Assembly (NCBI GenBank): GCA_963725865.1
Contig: CAVSAC010000012.1
Span: 480,001-544,000, forward strand
Direction: 5' to 3'
DNA length: 64,000 bases
From: Candidatus Eiseniibacteriota bacterium
GTDB taxonomy: Bacteria; Eisenbacteria; RBG-16-71-46
Below the pieces are notes generated by a model. The model searched no databases. It saw nothing but the letters and a program-made list of their open reading frames with translations, and had not been told where the DNA came from. Position 1 is the first letter of the stretch. Every line of letters starts with the position of its first letter. Shown piece after piece: positions 1 to 10,153 of the stretch. The position numbers and the translations under genes are program-made.

Positions 1-1899
1 GATGGCGTGGTAGGCGGAGCGCAGCGTGACGTCCTGCGCGCCCACGTCGAGCTTGCCGCGCATGATGTAGCCGGTCGAGTCCGCGGCATCGCCCAGCAGC
101 AGAGGCGAGCCCGTCGCGGTCACCACGCTGAGCGAGTCGAGCGTGTCCCAGACGATGCTGCTCACGTCGCCGGAGCCGGTGATACGGCCGCCGCCGTTCA
201 TGTCGAGCACTCCTCCTGTGACGATCCCGCCCGCCAGGTCGAGGGTGCCTCGGTGGTAGAAGAACAACGTATTGTGCACCTCGCCTCCGTTGGTCACGTG
301 CAGAACCGCGGGAGCCCAGAGCGTCGCGGAGTCGCCCGGCTTGTCGAGCCACAGTTTCGCGCCGCTCGTCACGGTGCACGCGCTCGCCGCTCCGCTGCTG
401 CCCGCCACCAGGCCCGACATCACGAAGTCGCCGATCACGTGCGCGTCGGTGCCGGCATCGGTGAGCGTGACGAACCCCGAGCCGCCCGCCTGCGAGCTGA
501 CGTTGAGTCCGGCGAACGTGCCCTGGCCGCCGCCGTCCATGAGCAGGAACCCGTGCCCGGCGCGGCCCACGATCAGGTCCTGGTCCGTGACGAGCGTGCC
601 GCCGCCGCCGACCTCGAGCGTGCCGTCTCCGCCGGCGCTGGTCCCGACCCACGCCAGCTTGTCGTGCACGGTGAGCGTGGAGCCGCCCAGCACGTTCAGC
701 CGGCCCTTCGCGGTGCCGCCGACCTCGAGCGCGGGCACGGTTGCGGAGTTGAGCGCGCAGTCGCTGCCCGCCAGCAGCTCGACCGTCGGCGTGCCGGTGG
801 CGCTGTTGATTCGCAGCGGATCGCCGGTCAGGTCGAACGTGCCGCCGGTGATCTGCAGCTTGCCGCCGTGGAGCAGCAGCTCGGTCGCGGGCGCTCCCAC
901 GTGCAGGTCGTGGGTCGCGAAGCGCCCGCCCTCCTCGACCGTGAGCGTCCCCAGCCCCCCGGGCGTGTCGTCGTAGGTCCACGTCTCGCCGGTCACGTCC
1001 ATCGCGGACTCGCTGCCCACGCTCACGGATCCCGTCCCGGCGGCGGTGCCCGCGACATCGTTGCGAGCGATCCACAGATCGCCGTCGATGGAGACGCGCG
1101 CGCTGTCGATCGGATCGCCGCCGGCCAGGCTGAGCGAGCCCGTGAGCCCGGCGGTCTCGCCGATGCGGAAGTCGCGGATCGCCGTCAGCAGTCCGCCGTC
1201 CTGCACCTGCACGCTCCCCGTCCCGTCGGTGCCGAGGTGCACGTAGTACGTGGGGATGTTCGACTCGATCGTCAGCATCGATCGGCGCAACGTTCCCGAG
1301 CCCTGGACGAGGACCGTGCCCGATCCGCCCCCGATGTACGGGACGGCGAAGATGCCGGGCACGGTGAGCGAGCCGCCATTGATCACGTTCAGCGTGCCGC
1401 TCCCGGTGGAGCCGCCGACGAACACCGGGCTCGACGCACCGGAGATGCTCACGTTGGTGGAGGAGCCGGAGACCTCGAACGTCCCGTTGCTGCCCGCGGT
1501 CGAGCCCGCCCGGATGCCGTTGACGCTCACGAGCGTGCCCGAGGCCACCCGCAGCGTGGGCAGGTTCGTGCCGCTCGAGATCAGCACGTCGTTCGTGGTG
1601 TGCGCGGTCGGGAACGCGAACTGCAGGTCGCCGTTCGACACCCAGAGCTGGTTCGAAGCCGGGGCGTTCGCTCCGAACGTCACGTTGTACGTGCCGGCCA
1701 CGTCGAATCGCAGGTTGTCGGCGGCGGTCGGGACCTGCGCGGGATTCCAGTTGGCGGAGACGCCGGCGAAGCCGCCGGCGCCGTTGATCCAGTCCAAGGG
1801 GACCGCGTTGGCTGCCGGCGGGCCGAGCGTGGCGAGGAAGAACAGCCACGCGAGCGTGCGAGGCCATGGGCGGACGAGGGTACGAGGCGCGTAGCGCAT
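1..1899 (-). CDS. Secreted Gly/Ser/Thr/Val-rich beta-strand-repeat protein (T5SS/PEP-CTERM-associated-repeat-like); C-terminus runs off the window edge
   Basis: Not in the ORF track. Manual translation from ATG 1899 (GGAGG upstream): MRYAPRTLVRPWPRTLAWLFFLATLGPPAANA-VPLDWINGAGGFAGVSANWNPAQVPTAADNL..., with repeats such as GSGTLNVINGGSL, GTGSVQVQDGGLL, GLGTLTVEEGGRF. The same frame reads sensibly at position 1 (...GAQDVTLRSAYHAI). Confidence 0.85.
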   Translation of the reverse strand, partial: MRYAPRTLVRPWPRTLAWLFFLATLGPPAANAVPLDWINGAGGFAGVSANWNPAQVPTAADNLRFDVAGTYNVTFGANAPASNQLWVSNGDLQFAFPTAHTTNDVLISSGTNLPTLRVASGTLVSVNGIRAGSTAGSNGTFEVSGSSTNVSISGASSPVFVGGSTGSGTLNVINGGSLTVPGIFAVPYIGGGSGTVLVQGSGTLRRSMLTIESNIPTYYVHLGTDGTGSVQVQDGGLLTAIRDFRIGETAGLTGSLSLAGGDPIDSARVSIDGDLWIARNDVAGTAAGTGSVSVGSESAMDVTGETWTYDDTPGGLGTLTVEEGGRFATHDLHVGAPATELLLHGGKLQITGGTFDLTGDPLRINSATGTPTVELLAGSDCALNSATVPALEVGGTAKGRLNVLGGSTLTVHDKLAWVGTSAGGDGTLEVGGGGTLVTDQDLIVGRAGHGFLLMDGGGQGTFAGLNVSSQAGGSGFVTLTDAGTDAHVIGDFVMSGLVAGSSGAASACTVTSGAKLWLDKPGDSATLWAPAVLHVTNGGEVHNTLFFYHRGTLDLAGGIVTGGVLDMNGGGRITGSGDVSSIVWDTLDSLSVVTATGSPLLLGDAADSTGYIMRGKLDVGAQDVTLRSAYHAI

Positions 1900-2145
1900 G
1901 ACATCCTCCGGAGCCGGCGGCCGCCTGGATGCGGGGGGCCCGGCCGGGGCAGGCGAGTCGGGGAGGGGCGCACCCACTCGCGCCGGACCGAACCCGGGTT
2001 CGGAGGGTTTGGCGTCGGAGTCCCGCGGGATCGGACATGCCGCCCGCCTCGCGTGGCCGCGGGTGGGTGGGCGGCGGGCGAGCGGCGCGTGGACCGGCGC
2101 GCCCACGGTGACCCGCGGGGCCGCGGGCGGGCGCGTGCAACCGGG

Positions 2146-4900
2146 TCAGCGCCCGGCGGCGAGGCTCGCTCTCGCACGCGCCACCAGCGCGACGGGCGCG
2201 TAGCCCCAGCGCTCGCAGCCGGCGAGCGACTCGCGCAGGCGGGCGCGGTCTCCGGGTCCGCCCGGCGCGCCGCGCGCCAGTTGATCGCCGCAGTGGGCAC
2301 AGGCGAACAGCGGATGACTCGGCGGGACGAACGAGTCCACCACCGCGACCGCCCGCGCGAACGCCGCCGCCGCCTCGCCCGGCAGCGCGCGGTCGGGGCG
2401 CGCGAGTGCGGCGCTGCCCAGCTCGACCAGGCTCTGCGCGATCATCGCATGCGCGTTCGGCCGCTTGCGCTGGATCACCTCGATCCACGGGCGCAGCGCG
2501 GCCGGATCGGGCCGGTGCGCGCGCGCCGCCTCGATCGCCGCCAAGCGCAGGCGCAGGAACGCGTCCTCGGCCGAGGCCTCGTAGCGCCCGGCCGCCATCA
2601 CGTGCAGCGCGTGCTCCGCATGAGCGGCGCCCTCGGCGTCGCGGCCGGCGCGCATCAGCGCCACCACCAGGTAACGCTCGACCCCCACCGAGGAGTGCGC
2701 GTCGGGCCCGAAGATCGACACCAGGATCTCGTGCGAGGCGGCCAGCGTGTCCGCGGCCTCCGCCGGGCGTCCAAGCTCGTCGAGGTTCTGGCCGATGCTG
2801 AGCAGGCTCGAGGCGACCGGCGTGGTACGCGGTCCCACGATGCGGCGGCGGATGCCGACCAGCTCGGTCTGCATGCGCATGGACTCGGCGAAATGGCCGA
2901 CCAGCGCCTCGCACTCGGCGATGTTCTTGCGCACCAGCAGGCGGTCGGGATGGTCGGGCGGCAGCAGGCGCTGCACCAGCACCAGCGACTGGTCGAAGTA
3001 CCGGCGCGCGGTCGCGATCTCGCCGCGGCCGGCGTAGTAGCCGCCCAGGGCGCTCAGCGACGATGCGACCGCAATCGATCCGCCGGGAGACAGCCGGCGC
3101 CGGATCGCGAGCGCACCCTCGAGCAGGCTCAGGCGCTGCCCGCGGTCGGCGCTCATGTTGCCGAGCCGCTCCATCGCCTCCGCGACGTGCTCGTCGTTGG
3201 GCCCGTAGCGCTTCCGGTTGGCAGCGAGCCACGCGCGGAGCAGGGGCTCGGCGACGTCCACGCCCTCGAGGCGCGCGCTCAGCATCGCCTGGTCGCCCTG
3301 GACGCGCAGCGCCAGATCGTCGTCGTGCGCCTCGCGCGCGGCGGCGAGCGCCTTGTCGAGTGCCGCGCGCTGCTCCTGCAGCTCGCTGCGCGAGCCGTGG
3401 ATCGACGCCACCGCCTCCCACAGGCGGCTGCGGATCAGCGGCTGGTCCTCGATGCGGTCGATGCGCTGCTCGGCCATCCGCAGCAGGTCCGCCACCCGCA
3501 GCGTGTCGCCGCCCGGCACCGAACGCGGATCGCTGACCTGGAACAGATCCACCAGCACCGACAGCGCACGCTCCGAGCGCGCCTGCTCCGCGCGCGCGCG
3601 GTCGCGCTCGAGCGCGATGCGGCGCGCCTGCCCGGTCGCCACCACGCCGAACGCGAGCAACGAGAGCGCCAGCGCGAGTCCGGCCGCCACGCCGACGCGG
3701 TGGCGGCGCGCGAACTTGCCGAGCCGGTAGCGCGCCGAATCGGGGCGCGCCTGCACCGGCAGCCCGCGCAGGTGGCAGTCGATGTCCTCGGCGAGCTGGT
3801 CGGCCGAGTGGTACCGCCGCGCGGGCTCCTTGCGCAGCGCGTTGAGCACGATCGCGTCGAGGTCGCCGCGCAGCGCGCGCGCCAGCGCGGCGGGCGTGGT
3901 GGCGCGGGCGGCCGCCCGCGCCGCGTCCTCGGCGCGACCCGCGGCGTCGTCGCCGCCGTCCGCCAGCTCGCTCGGCCGCCGCGGCTCGTGCTCCAGCACC
4001 AGCCGCTCGATCTCGGTGGCGGTGGTGCCGGTGGGGCGGAACGGGCGCCGGCCGACCAGCAGCTCGTGCAGCAGCACGCCGAGCCCCCACACGTCGGTCG
4101 CGGTGGTGATCGCCCCGCCGCGCAGCTGCTCGGGGGCGGCGTACTCGGGCGTCAGCAGGCGGTCGTCCGCCCGGGTGCGCAGCGCGGCGTCCTCGTCGTG
4201 GTCGAGCAGCTTGGCGACGCCGAAGTCGAGCAGCACCGGCCGGCCGGCGGCGGTGACCAGGATGTTCGCCGGCTTGAGATCGCGGTGGATCACGAGGTTC
4301 GCGTGCGCGAACCGCACCGCGTCGCAGACCTGAGCGAACAGTCGCAGCCGCTCGCGCACCGGCAGCCGGCGCGCGTCGCACCAGGCGTTGAGCGGCTCGC
4401 CCTCGACGAACTCCATCGCGAGGTACGGCTCGCCGTCCGCGGTGGCGCCGCCGTCGAGCAGTCGCGCGATGTTCGGGTGTTCCAGCCGCGCGAGCACCTG
4501 GCGCTCGCGGCGGAAGCGCGCGATCAGCTCGTCCGGGCGCCAGCCGGCGCGCACGCGCTTGATCGCGGCGCGCTGCTCGTAGGCGCCGTCGGCTCGCTCG
4601 GCTAGCCACACGTCGCCCATGCCGCCGCGCCCGAGCAGGCGCACCAGGCGCCACGCCCCGAATCGAGCGCCGACCTGCGCGTCCGCGCCGGGTTCCGCGG
4701 CCGGCGTCTCGGACAGCAGCGCGTCTTCGATCCGCAGGCCGGTGGTCGCGGAGTCGTGCCTCGAGCATCGCCGCGACCTCGCGCCGAAGCGCGGCGTCGC
4801 CGACGCACGCATCGTCGAGATAGGCCGCGCGCTCGCCCGGCGGACGCTCGAGCGCGGCATGGAAGATCGCTTCGATCGACTCCCAGGTATCCGGATCCAT
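2146..4900 (-). CDS. Membrane Hanks-type Ser/Thr protein kinase with C-terminal TPR-like repeats; apparent frameshift near 4759
   Basis: GRGGMGDVW, AIK, HRDLKPAN, DFG and TPEYAAPE motifs; TM segment VGVAAGLALALSLLAFGVVA; helical repeats follow. The family-typical N-terminus MDPDTWESIEAIFHAALERPPGERAAYLDDAC...LRREVAAMLE starts at ATG 4900 in another frame. Confidence 0.9.
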
Positions 4901-4952
4901 CGGGCCCTCGCGTCTCTGGCGTCGTCCGGACGGCGCGCCGGACATCCGGGGG

Positions 4953-5531
4953 TCATTCGGGCAGCGCGAGTCTCCGGGAGACCTCTTTGCGGAGCCAGGC
5001 GCGTGCGGCGACCCAGTCCCGCTGCACAGTCTTGGAGGAGAGCTGCAGCTGCTCGGCGATCTCCTCGACCGTGAGCCCCGAGAAGAACCGCCGCTCGACG
5101 ACGGTCGCGGCGCGAGGATCGGCGGCGGCGAGGCTCTGCAAGGCGTCCTCGAGCGCCAGGATCTCGTCGGCCTCCTCCTCGGACAGGAATGGCTCGGCCT
5201 GCTCGAGCGGTACCCGCTCCAGGTCGGCGCCGCCGCGCTTGAGCCGCTTGCGCGCGCGGGCGTAGTCGACCAGCACGCGCCGCATGGTGTTCGAGGCGAC
5301 GGCCAGGAACTGGGTGCGGCTGCCGGCCGGCAGGTGGTGCTGCTGCGCCAGCCGCAGGTAGGCTTCGTTGACGAGCGCGGTGGCGCTCAGCGTGTGCCCG
5401 GGGCGCTCGTGATGCAGCCGCTGGCGCGCGAGGCCGCGCAACTCGTCATAGAGCAGCCGCACGACGCGTTCGAGCGCGTCGTCATCGCCGTCCTGCAGGC
5501 GTCGGAGCCAGGCGGTGAGGTCGCCAGACAT
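4953..5531 (-). CDS. ECF sigma factor, TIGR02999/ECF43-like (kinase-associated)
   Basis: LYDELRGLA, HTLSATALVNEAYLRL, MRRVLVDYAR and KTVQRDWVAARAWL motifs; directly upstream of the Ser/Thr kinase. Confidence 0.92.
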   Translation of the reverse strand: MSGDLTAWLRRLQDGDDDALERVVRLLYDELRGLARQRLHHERPGHTLSATALVNEAYLRLAQQHHLPAGSRTQFLAVASNTMRRVLVDYARARKRLKRGGADLERVPLEQAEPFLSEEEADEILALEDALQSLAAADPRAATVVERRFFSGLTVEEIAEQLQLSSKTVQRDWVAARAWLRKEVSRRLALPE

Positions 5532-5567
5532 GGGAGCAGGGCGCGGGGGGGGCCGCGGATCGGTCCT

Positions 5568-5954
5568 CTAGTACTCGGTGTACGACTTCTCGTCGAGCAG
5601 TTCGGAGCCCAGGGCCAGGTTCAGATCGCGCTTGATCGCGGAGCGCTTGTCGTTGGTGCGGTACACCGCGCGCGCCAGCTCCACGAAGTCGGAGTCGAAG
5701 CGCTGCTCGGATTCGCAGCGGCGGATGCGGTCCTCGATGTCCCACAGCGTGGCGTTGACCTGCTTGAGCGCCGCCACCACCGCGGCCACGTCGCTGCCGG
5801 CGAGCGGGGAGGCCTGCCAGGTCGCGCGCATCAGCTCCAGCTCGCGCCGCACGTTGGCGAGCTTGGCGGGATCGCTGATGCGCTCGAACTTGAGCTCGAG
5901 GATCGTGAGTCGATCGAGGAACTCGCCGGGAGCGGTCTGGACGTTCAGCAGCAT
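5568..5954 (-). CDS. DUF6165-family protein
   Basis: GEFLDRLTILELK...VNATLWDIEDRIR...LARAVYRTNDKRSAIKRDLN...EKSY pattern. Confidence 0.8.
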   Translation of the reverse strand: MLLNVQTAPGEFLDRLTILELKFERISDPAKLANVRRELELMRATWQASPLAGSDVAAVVAALKQVNATLWDIEDRIRRCESEQRFDSDFVELARAVYRTNDKRSAIKRDLNLALGSELLDEKSYTEY

Positions 5955-6180
5955 GCGATCTGGGCCTCGTCGGAGGATCCGGCTGGGGTCGTACGGCGCC
6001 TTGGGCGGGCATGATACACGAGCCGCCCCGCCGCCGGTGCCCGGAGTCGGCGGCGGCTTGTCTCCGGGCCACCGCTCGGGGCAGACTGGCGGTCAACCAC
6101 ATCGATCCCGCTGCTGACGGCCGGCCGCGTTCCGGTCCCGGGCGTGCCCGATCGCGACCTCACCCTCTTCAGGAACCGCC

Positions 6181-6903
6181 ATGGGACGCATCTTCGAGAC
6201 TCGCAAAGCCACGATGTTCGCCCGCTGGGACAAGATGTCCAAGGCCTTCGCCCGCATCGGCAAGGAGATCACGATCGCGGTCAAGGCGAGCGGGCCGCTC
6301 CCCGAGAACAACCCGACGCTGCGGCGCATCATGCAGAACGCGCGCGCGATCAACATGCCGAAGGACAAGGTCGAGTCGGCGATCAAGAAGGCCTCGGGCC
6401 AGGGCGGCGCGGACTACCAGGAGATCCTCTACGAGGGCTACGCGCCGCACGGCGTCGCGGTGATCGTCGAGGCCGCGACCGACAATCCCACCCGCACCGT
6501 CGCGAACATCCGGATGCACTTCAACAAGTACGGCGGCAACATGGGCAACACCGGCAGCGTCGCGTTCGCGTTCAAGCGCATGGGCGTGTTCCGCCTCAAG
6601 CCCGAAGGACTCGACGCGGAGTCGCTCGAGCTCGACCTGATCGACCACGGTCTCGAGGAGATGGGCGAGAGCACGAGCGACAAGGGCGAGCCCCAGATCG
6701 TGATCCGTTGCGGGTTCGCCGACTTCGGCCGCCTGCAGAAGGCGCTCGAGGATCGCAAGCTCACGCCGCTCTCGGCCGAGTCCGAGTACATCGCGCAGAC
6801 CCCGGCTTCGCTGCCCGAGGCGCAGGCCACCGAGGTGCTCAAGATGATCGACACGCTCGAGCAGGACGAAGACGTGCAGCGGGTCTTCCACAACCTGGGC
6901 TGA
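6181..6903 (+). CDS. yebC: YebC/PmpR family protein
   Basis: [47 protein letters not shown]. Confidence 0.95.
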   Translation: MGRIFETRKATMFARWDKMSKAFARIGKEITIAVKASGPLPENNPTLRRIMQNARAINMPKDKVESAIKKASGQGGADYQEILYEGYAPHGVAVIVEAATDNPTRTVANIRMHFNKYGGNMGNTGSVAFAFKRMGVFRLKPEGLDAESLELDLIDHGLEEMGESTSDKGEPQIVIRCGFADFGRLQKALEDRKLTPLSAESEYIAQTPASLPEAQATEVLKMIDTLEQDEDVQRVFHNLG

Positions 6904-6992
6904 TGCGCTGCCGGCCCGCGGGGACGGCCCCCGCGCGGCGACCGCGACGCGCCGGGGGACCCCGGGCACGAACACCACGAGTGGAGGGTTCC

Positions 6993-7586
6993 ATGCGTGC
7001 ACCGCTGAGACGGTCGCTCGTCCTGCTGTCCATCACGCTCCCGCTCGCGCTGGGCGGCTGCGCCACGCTGAGCGAGCTGGCCGCGCTGCGGAGCGTGGAG
7101 TTCGCGTTCGACCGGGTCGGTGAGGTGCGCGTGGCGGGCGTCGCGATCGACGACCACACGCGTTACAGCGACCTGCGCGTCGGCGACCTGGCCCGGCTGG
7201 CGACCGCGGTCGCCAACAAGGACGTCCCGCTGGAGCTGATCGCCCACGTCCTCGCCACCAATCCCGGCCAGAACCGCGCCGCAGCGCGCCTCGTGGACAT
7301 GGGGTGGACGCTGTTCATCGAGGACCGCCGCACGCTCGACGGCACGCTCGGGAGCTCGTTCACGATCGCCCCCGGCGCCAGCGCCGACGTGCCGGTGTCG
7401 GTGCACCTGAATCTCATGGAGCTGGCAGGGGGCGGCGCGCGCGACGTGTTCGACCTGGCGCTCGCGATCGCCGGCGCGGGCGGCGCGCCGAAGGAGCTGC
7501 GCCTCGAGCTGCGACCGACCATCGACACCGCGCTCGGCCCGATCCGCTATCCCGCGCCGGTGGTGGTGAGGCGGGTGGTGGGCTAG
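6993..7586 (+). CDS. Lipoprotein, LEA_2/WHy-like
   Basis: ATG 6993 after GGAGGG; lipobox LGGC; NP motif (ATNPGQN) and beta-rich body; C-terminal IDTALGPIRYP. Confidence 0.7.
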   Translation: MRAPLRRSLVLLSITLPLALGGCATLSELAALRSVEFAFDRVGEVRVAGVAIDDHTRYSDLRVGDLARLATAVANKDVPLELIAHVLATNPGQNRAAARLVDMGWTLFIEDRRTLDGTLGSSFTIAPGASADVPVSVHLNLMELAGGGARDVFDLALAIAGAGGAPKELRLELRPTIDTALGPIRYPAPVVVRRVVG

Positions 7587-7608
7587 CGGCGGCGGGAGCG
7601 CGCCGCGC

Positions 7609-9069
7609 TCAGCGCGCGAGTGCCGCGGTGCGCGTCCGCGTCATCGCGCTCACCAGCGTGAGCACCACCGCGTTCACCACCAGCGCGACCACGCCGATGT
7701 TGAGGTCGGTGATCTCCACTGGCCAGCCCGGCAGCAGCTTCGGCAGCGTGGTGCCCGAGAGCGTGATCGCCGCCACCGTCGCCACGCCCGCGAGGATACC
7801 GCCGATCGCGCCCGCGCGGGTGGCCCACGGCGTGCGGCCGAGGCTCAGGTAGAGCGCGGGCGCCAGCTGGGTGACGAGGTTGTAGCCCATCAGCAGCAGC
7901 GGCACCAGCGCCTCGCCCCCGTGCAGCGCGAAGAACACCGACAGCAGCGCCACCACCGGCACCAGCGAGCGGGCGAGCAGCCCGATGGTGCGCTCGTTCG
8001 CCGCCGGCATCAGCGGCTTCAGCACGTTCTTCGCCAGGATGGTGGCGGCGGTCATCAGCAGCATCGAGCCCGGCACCAGCGCCGTGAGCAGCCCGGCCGC
8101 GCCGATCACGCCCACCAGGCCGGGGCCGAACGAGAGCTTCGAGAGCCGCAGCAGCGACAGGTCGGCGTCGGCGCCCTCGAGCCCCGGCACCTTCAGGATC
8201 GCGGCGAAGCCGGCGAAGAACACGAACAGCAGCACCAGCTGGTAGATCGGCATCACCACCGCGTTCTTGCGGAACACGTCCGCCGAGCGCGCGGTGTACG
8301 CGCTCGCGAACGCGTGCGGCCACATGTAGAAGCCGACCGCCGTCAGCGCCACGGTCGAGACGAACCAGGTCGGGCTCAGGCCGTGGGCGGGCAGCGCGAA
8401 GAAGCCCGGTCGCGCCGCCTCGATCGCCTCGAACATCGCGCGGAAGCCGCCGTAATGGTGGATCGGCAGGTACACCCCGAGCCCGACCGCGACCGCCAGG
8501 ATCATCACGTCCTTCACCACGGCGGTCCACGCCGAGCCGTGCACGCCCGAGACGATCACGTACACCACCAGTACCGCGGTGCTGAGCCACACCGCGGCCG
8601 GGATCGAGATCGCGCCGTACGAGGTCTCGGACACGATGATGCCGAGGCCCTTCAGCTGCAGCGTCAGGTACGGCACGATCGCCGCCACGCTCACCAACGC
8701 CACCACCACGCCCAGCGCCGGGCTGTCGTAGCGCTTGATGAAGAAGTCGGCCTGCGAGTGCAGGTGGTGCTCGGTCGCGTAGCGCCACACGACGGGCAAC
8801 AGGAAGTAGGAGATGGTGTACGCGATCGCGCCGTAGCACAGGATGTAGAACGCCGGCGCGCCGCGCCCGTACGCCCACCCGCTGCCGCCGAGGAACGTGA
8901 ACGTGGTGTAGATCTCGCCGGCCATCAGCAGGAACACGAACAGCGCGCCGAAGCCGCGGCCCCCGACCGTCCACTGCTCGAGCGTCATCGTGCGGCCCCG
9001 CCGCGCCAGGATGCCGAGCGCGAACGAGAGCGCGAGGAACAGCGCCAGGATGAGGAGCGCCGCGCTCAC
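7609..9069 (-). CDS. Sodium:solute symporter (SSS, YhjB/MctP-like)
   Basis: Multiple TM helices; WTVGGRGFG, GEIYTTFTFLGGSGWAY; GTG start overlaps the stop of the upstream small membrane protein (GTGA). Confidence 0.9.
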   Translation of the reverse strand: MSAALLILALFLALSFALGILARRGRTMTLEQWTVGGRGFGALFVFLLMAGEIYTTFTFLGGSGWAYGRGAPAFYILCYGAIAYTISYFLLPVVWRYATEHHLHSQADFFIKRYDSPALGVVVALVSVAAIVPYLTLQLKGLGIIVSETSYGAISIPAAVWLSTAVLVVYVIVSGVHGSAWTAVVKDVMILAVAVGLGVYLPIHHYGGFRAMFEAIEAARPGFFALPAHGLSPTWFVSTVALTAVGFYMWPHAFASAYTARSADVFRKNAVVMPIYQLVLLFVFFAGFAAILKVPGLEGADADLSLLRLSKLSFGPGLVGVIGAAGLLTALVPGSMLLMTAATILAKNVLKPLMPAANERTIGLLARSLVPVVALLSVFFALHGGEALVPLLLMGYNLVTQLAPALYLSLGRTPWATRAGAIGGILAGVATVAAITLSGTTLPKLLPGWPVEITDLNIGVVALVVNAVVLTLVSAMTRTRTAALAR

Positions 9070-9335
9070 CGCGGCCGGCGCTCCGCGGCGTCGGCCGCCG
9101 CGCTGCCGGCCGCCGCGCGCCCGCGGTCGCGGACGCCCGCCGCCGCGTCCGCGCGGTCGTCGAGCGCGTGGATCACCGCCATCACGACCGAGGTCGCGAG
9201 CACGCAGCCCACGATCCACGTCAGCAGGAACGGCAGGCCGAGCACGTAGGCGTGCACCCGGTTCGCGAGCGGCGCGCCGATCAGAAAGCCGGCGGCCGGC
9301 AGCAGCGCCAGCCAGCGATGCGGCCGCGCGCGCAT
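9066..9335 (-). CDS. DUF3311-family small membrane protein (SSS partner)
   Basis: Two TM segments, ANRVHAYVLGLPFLLTWIV motif; translationally coupled to the SSS gene. Confidence 0.8.
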   Translation of the reverse strand: MRARPHRWLALLPAAGFLIGAPLANRVHAYVLGLPFLLTWIVGCVLATSVVMAVIHALDDRADAAAGVRDRGRAAAGSAAADAAERRPR

Positions 9336-9470
9336 CAGCGCGTGGGCTCGGACCGCGGCGCGGCGGTTGCGGTGGACACGAGGAGCCTCCCGGTCGAGGG
9401 GCGATACGGCGGACGCGGCAGTATGCCGGGGGCGGCCGGGCACATCAATCGTCATCCGCGGCACCCGCGC

Positions 9471-10079
9471 TCAGGTCGTCCGCCGCCGCGCCTCGTCGCA
9501 GGTGCAATCCAGGCAGCCGTGGATGCTGCACGTGCCGCAGACGCGCTCGAGCTGGCGGCGCAGCGCGTCGCGCGCGCGAAACAGTCGCACCGAGGCGTTG
9601 TTCGCGGTGATGCCCGCGCGCTCGGCGTAGGCCTTCACGCTGCCGCCCGCCAGGTCGACGATGCGCAGCGCGTCGGCGTACTCGGGCTTGAGCGTGGGCA
9701 GCAGCTGCGAGGCGCAGGTGCAGACTTCGTCCATCAGCTCGGCGTCCACGCCCGGGACCGACTCCGCGGCGGCCGACGCCACCCGCTCGATCGCGCGCTG
9801 CTCGACGCCGCGGCGGCGCCAGTGGTCGACCAGCGCGTTGCGCAGGCTGCGGTAGAACCACGCCACCACCGAGTCCTGGTCGCGCAGCTGGCCGGCGCGC
9901 GCGAGCCCGCGCACGAACGCGTCCTGCAGCAGGTCCTCGGCCACTTCGCGCGAGCCCACGCGCCGCTCGAGGAACGCGAGGAAGCGCCGGTGGTTCGCGA
10001 CCAGCACGTCGACCACCGCCGGGCTCGCGGGGAGCAGCGGCTCGTCGTCGAGCGGCGGGACGGGAATGGGCTCGTGCAT
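9471..10079 (-). CDS. ECF sigma factor with linker CxC and C-terminal Cys-rich domain (CorE-like, ECF44/ECF238)
   Basis: Sigma2 (AEDLLQDAF, AWFYRSLRNALVDHWR) and sigma4 (VRLFRARDALR); linker EVCTC; tail CGTCSIHGCLDCTC; GAGGG RBS. Confidence 0.88.
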   Translation of the reverse strand: MHEPIPVPPLDDEPLLPASPAVVDVLVANHRRFLAFLERRVGSREVAEDLLQDAFVRGLARAGQLRDQDSVVAWFYRSLRNALVDHWRRRGVEQRAIERVASAAAESVPGVDAELMDEVCTCASQLLPTLKPEYADALRIVDLAGGSVKAYAERAGITANNASVRLFRARDALRRQLERVCGTCSIHGCLDCTCDEARRRTT

Positions 10080-10153
10080 CGGAGATCCCTCGAGGCCTGC
10101 GGTGGTGCGGCGCCGCGACCAGCCTACAGGCTCGCGGCGCCGCGGTCAGCCGC

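Noticed and set aside
7..4605. 1532-aa plus-strand ORF
   Set aside because: Antisense shadow of the minus-strand repeat protein and kinase; Arg/Ala/His-rich with no motifs, typical of high-GC DNA.
10105..10146. GC-rich inverted repeat between the metallothionein-like ORF and the sigma gene as a terminator
   Set aside because: No U-tract, and GC-only palindromes are frequent at this base composition; it could be an mRNA-stability hairpin but this is unsupported.
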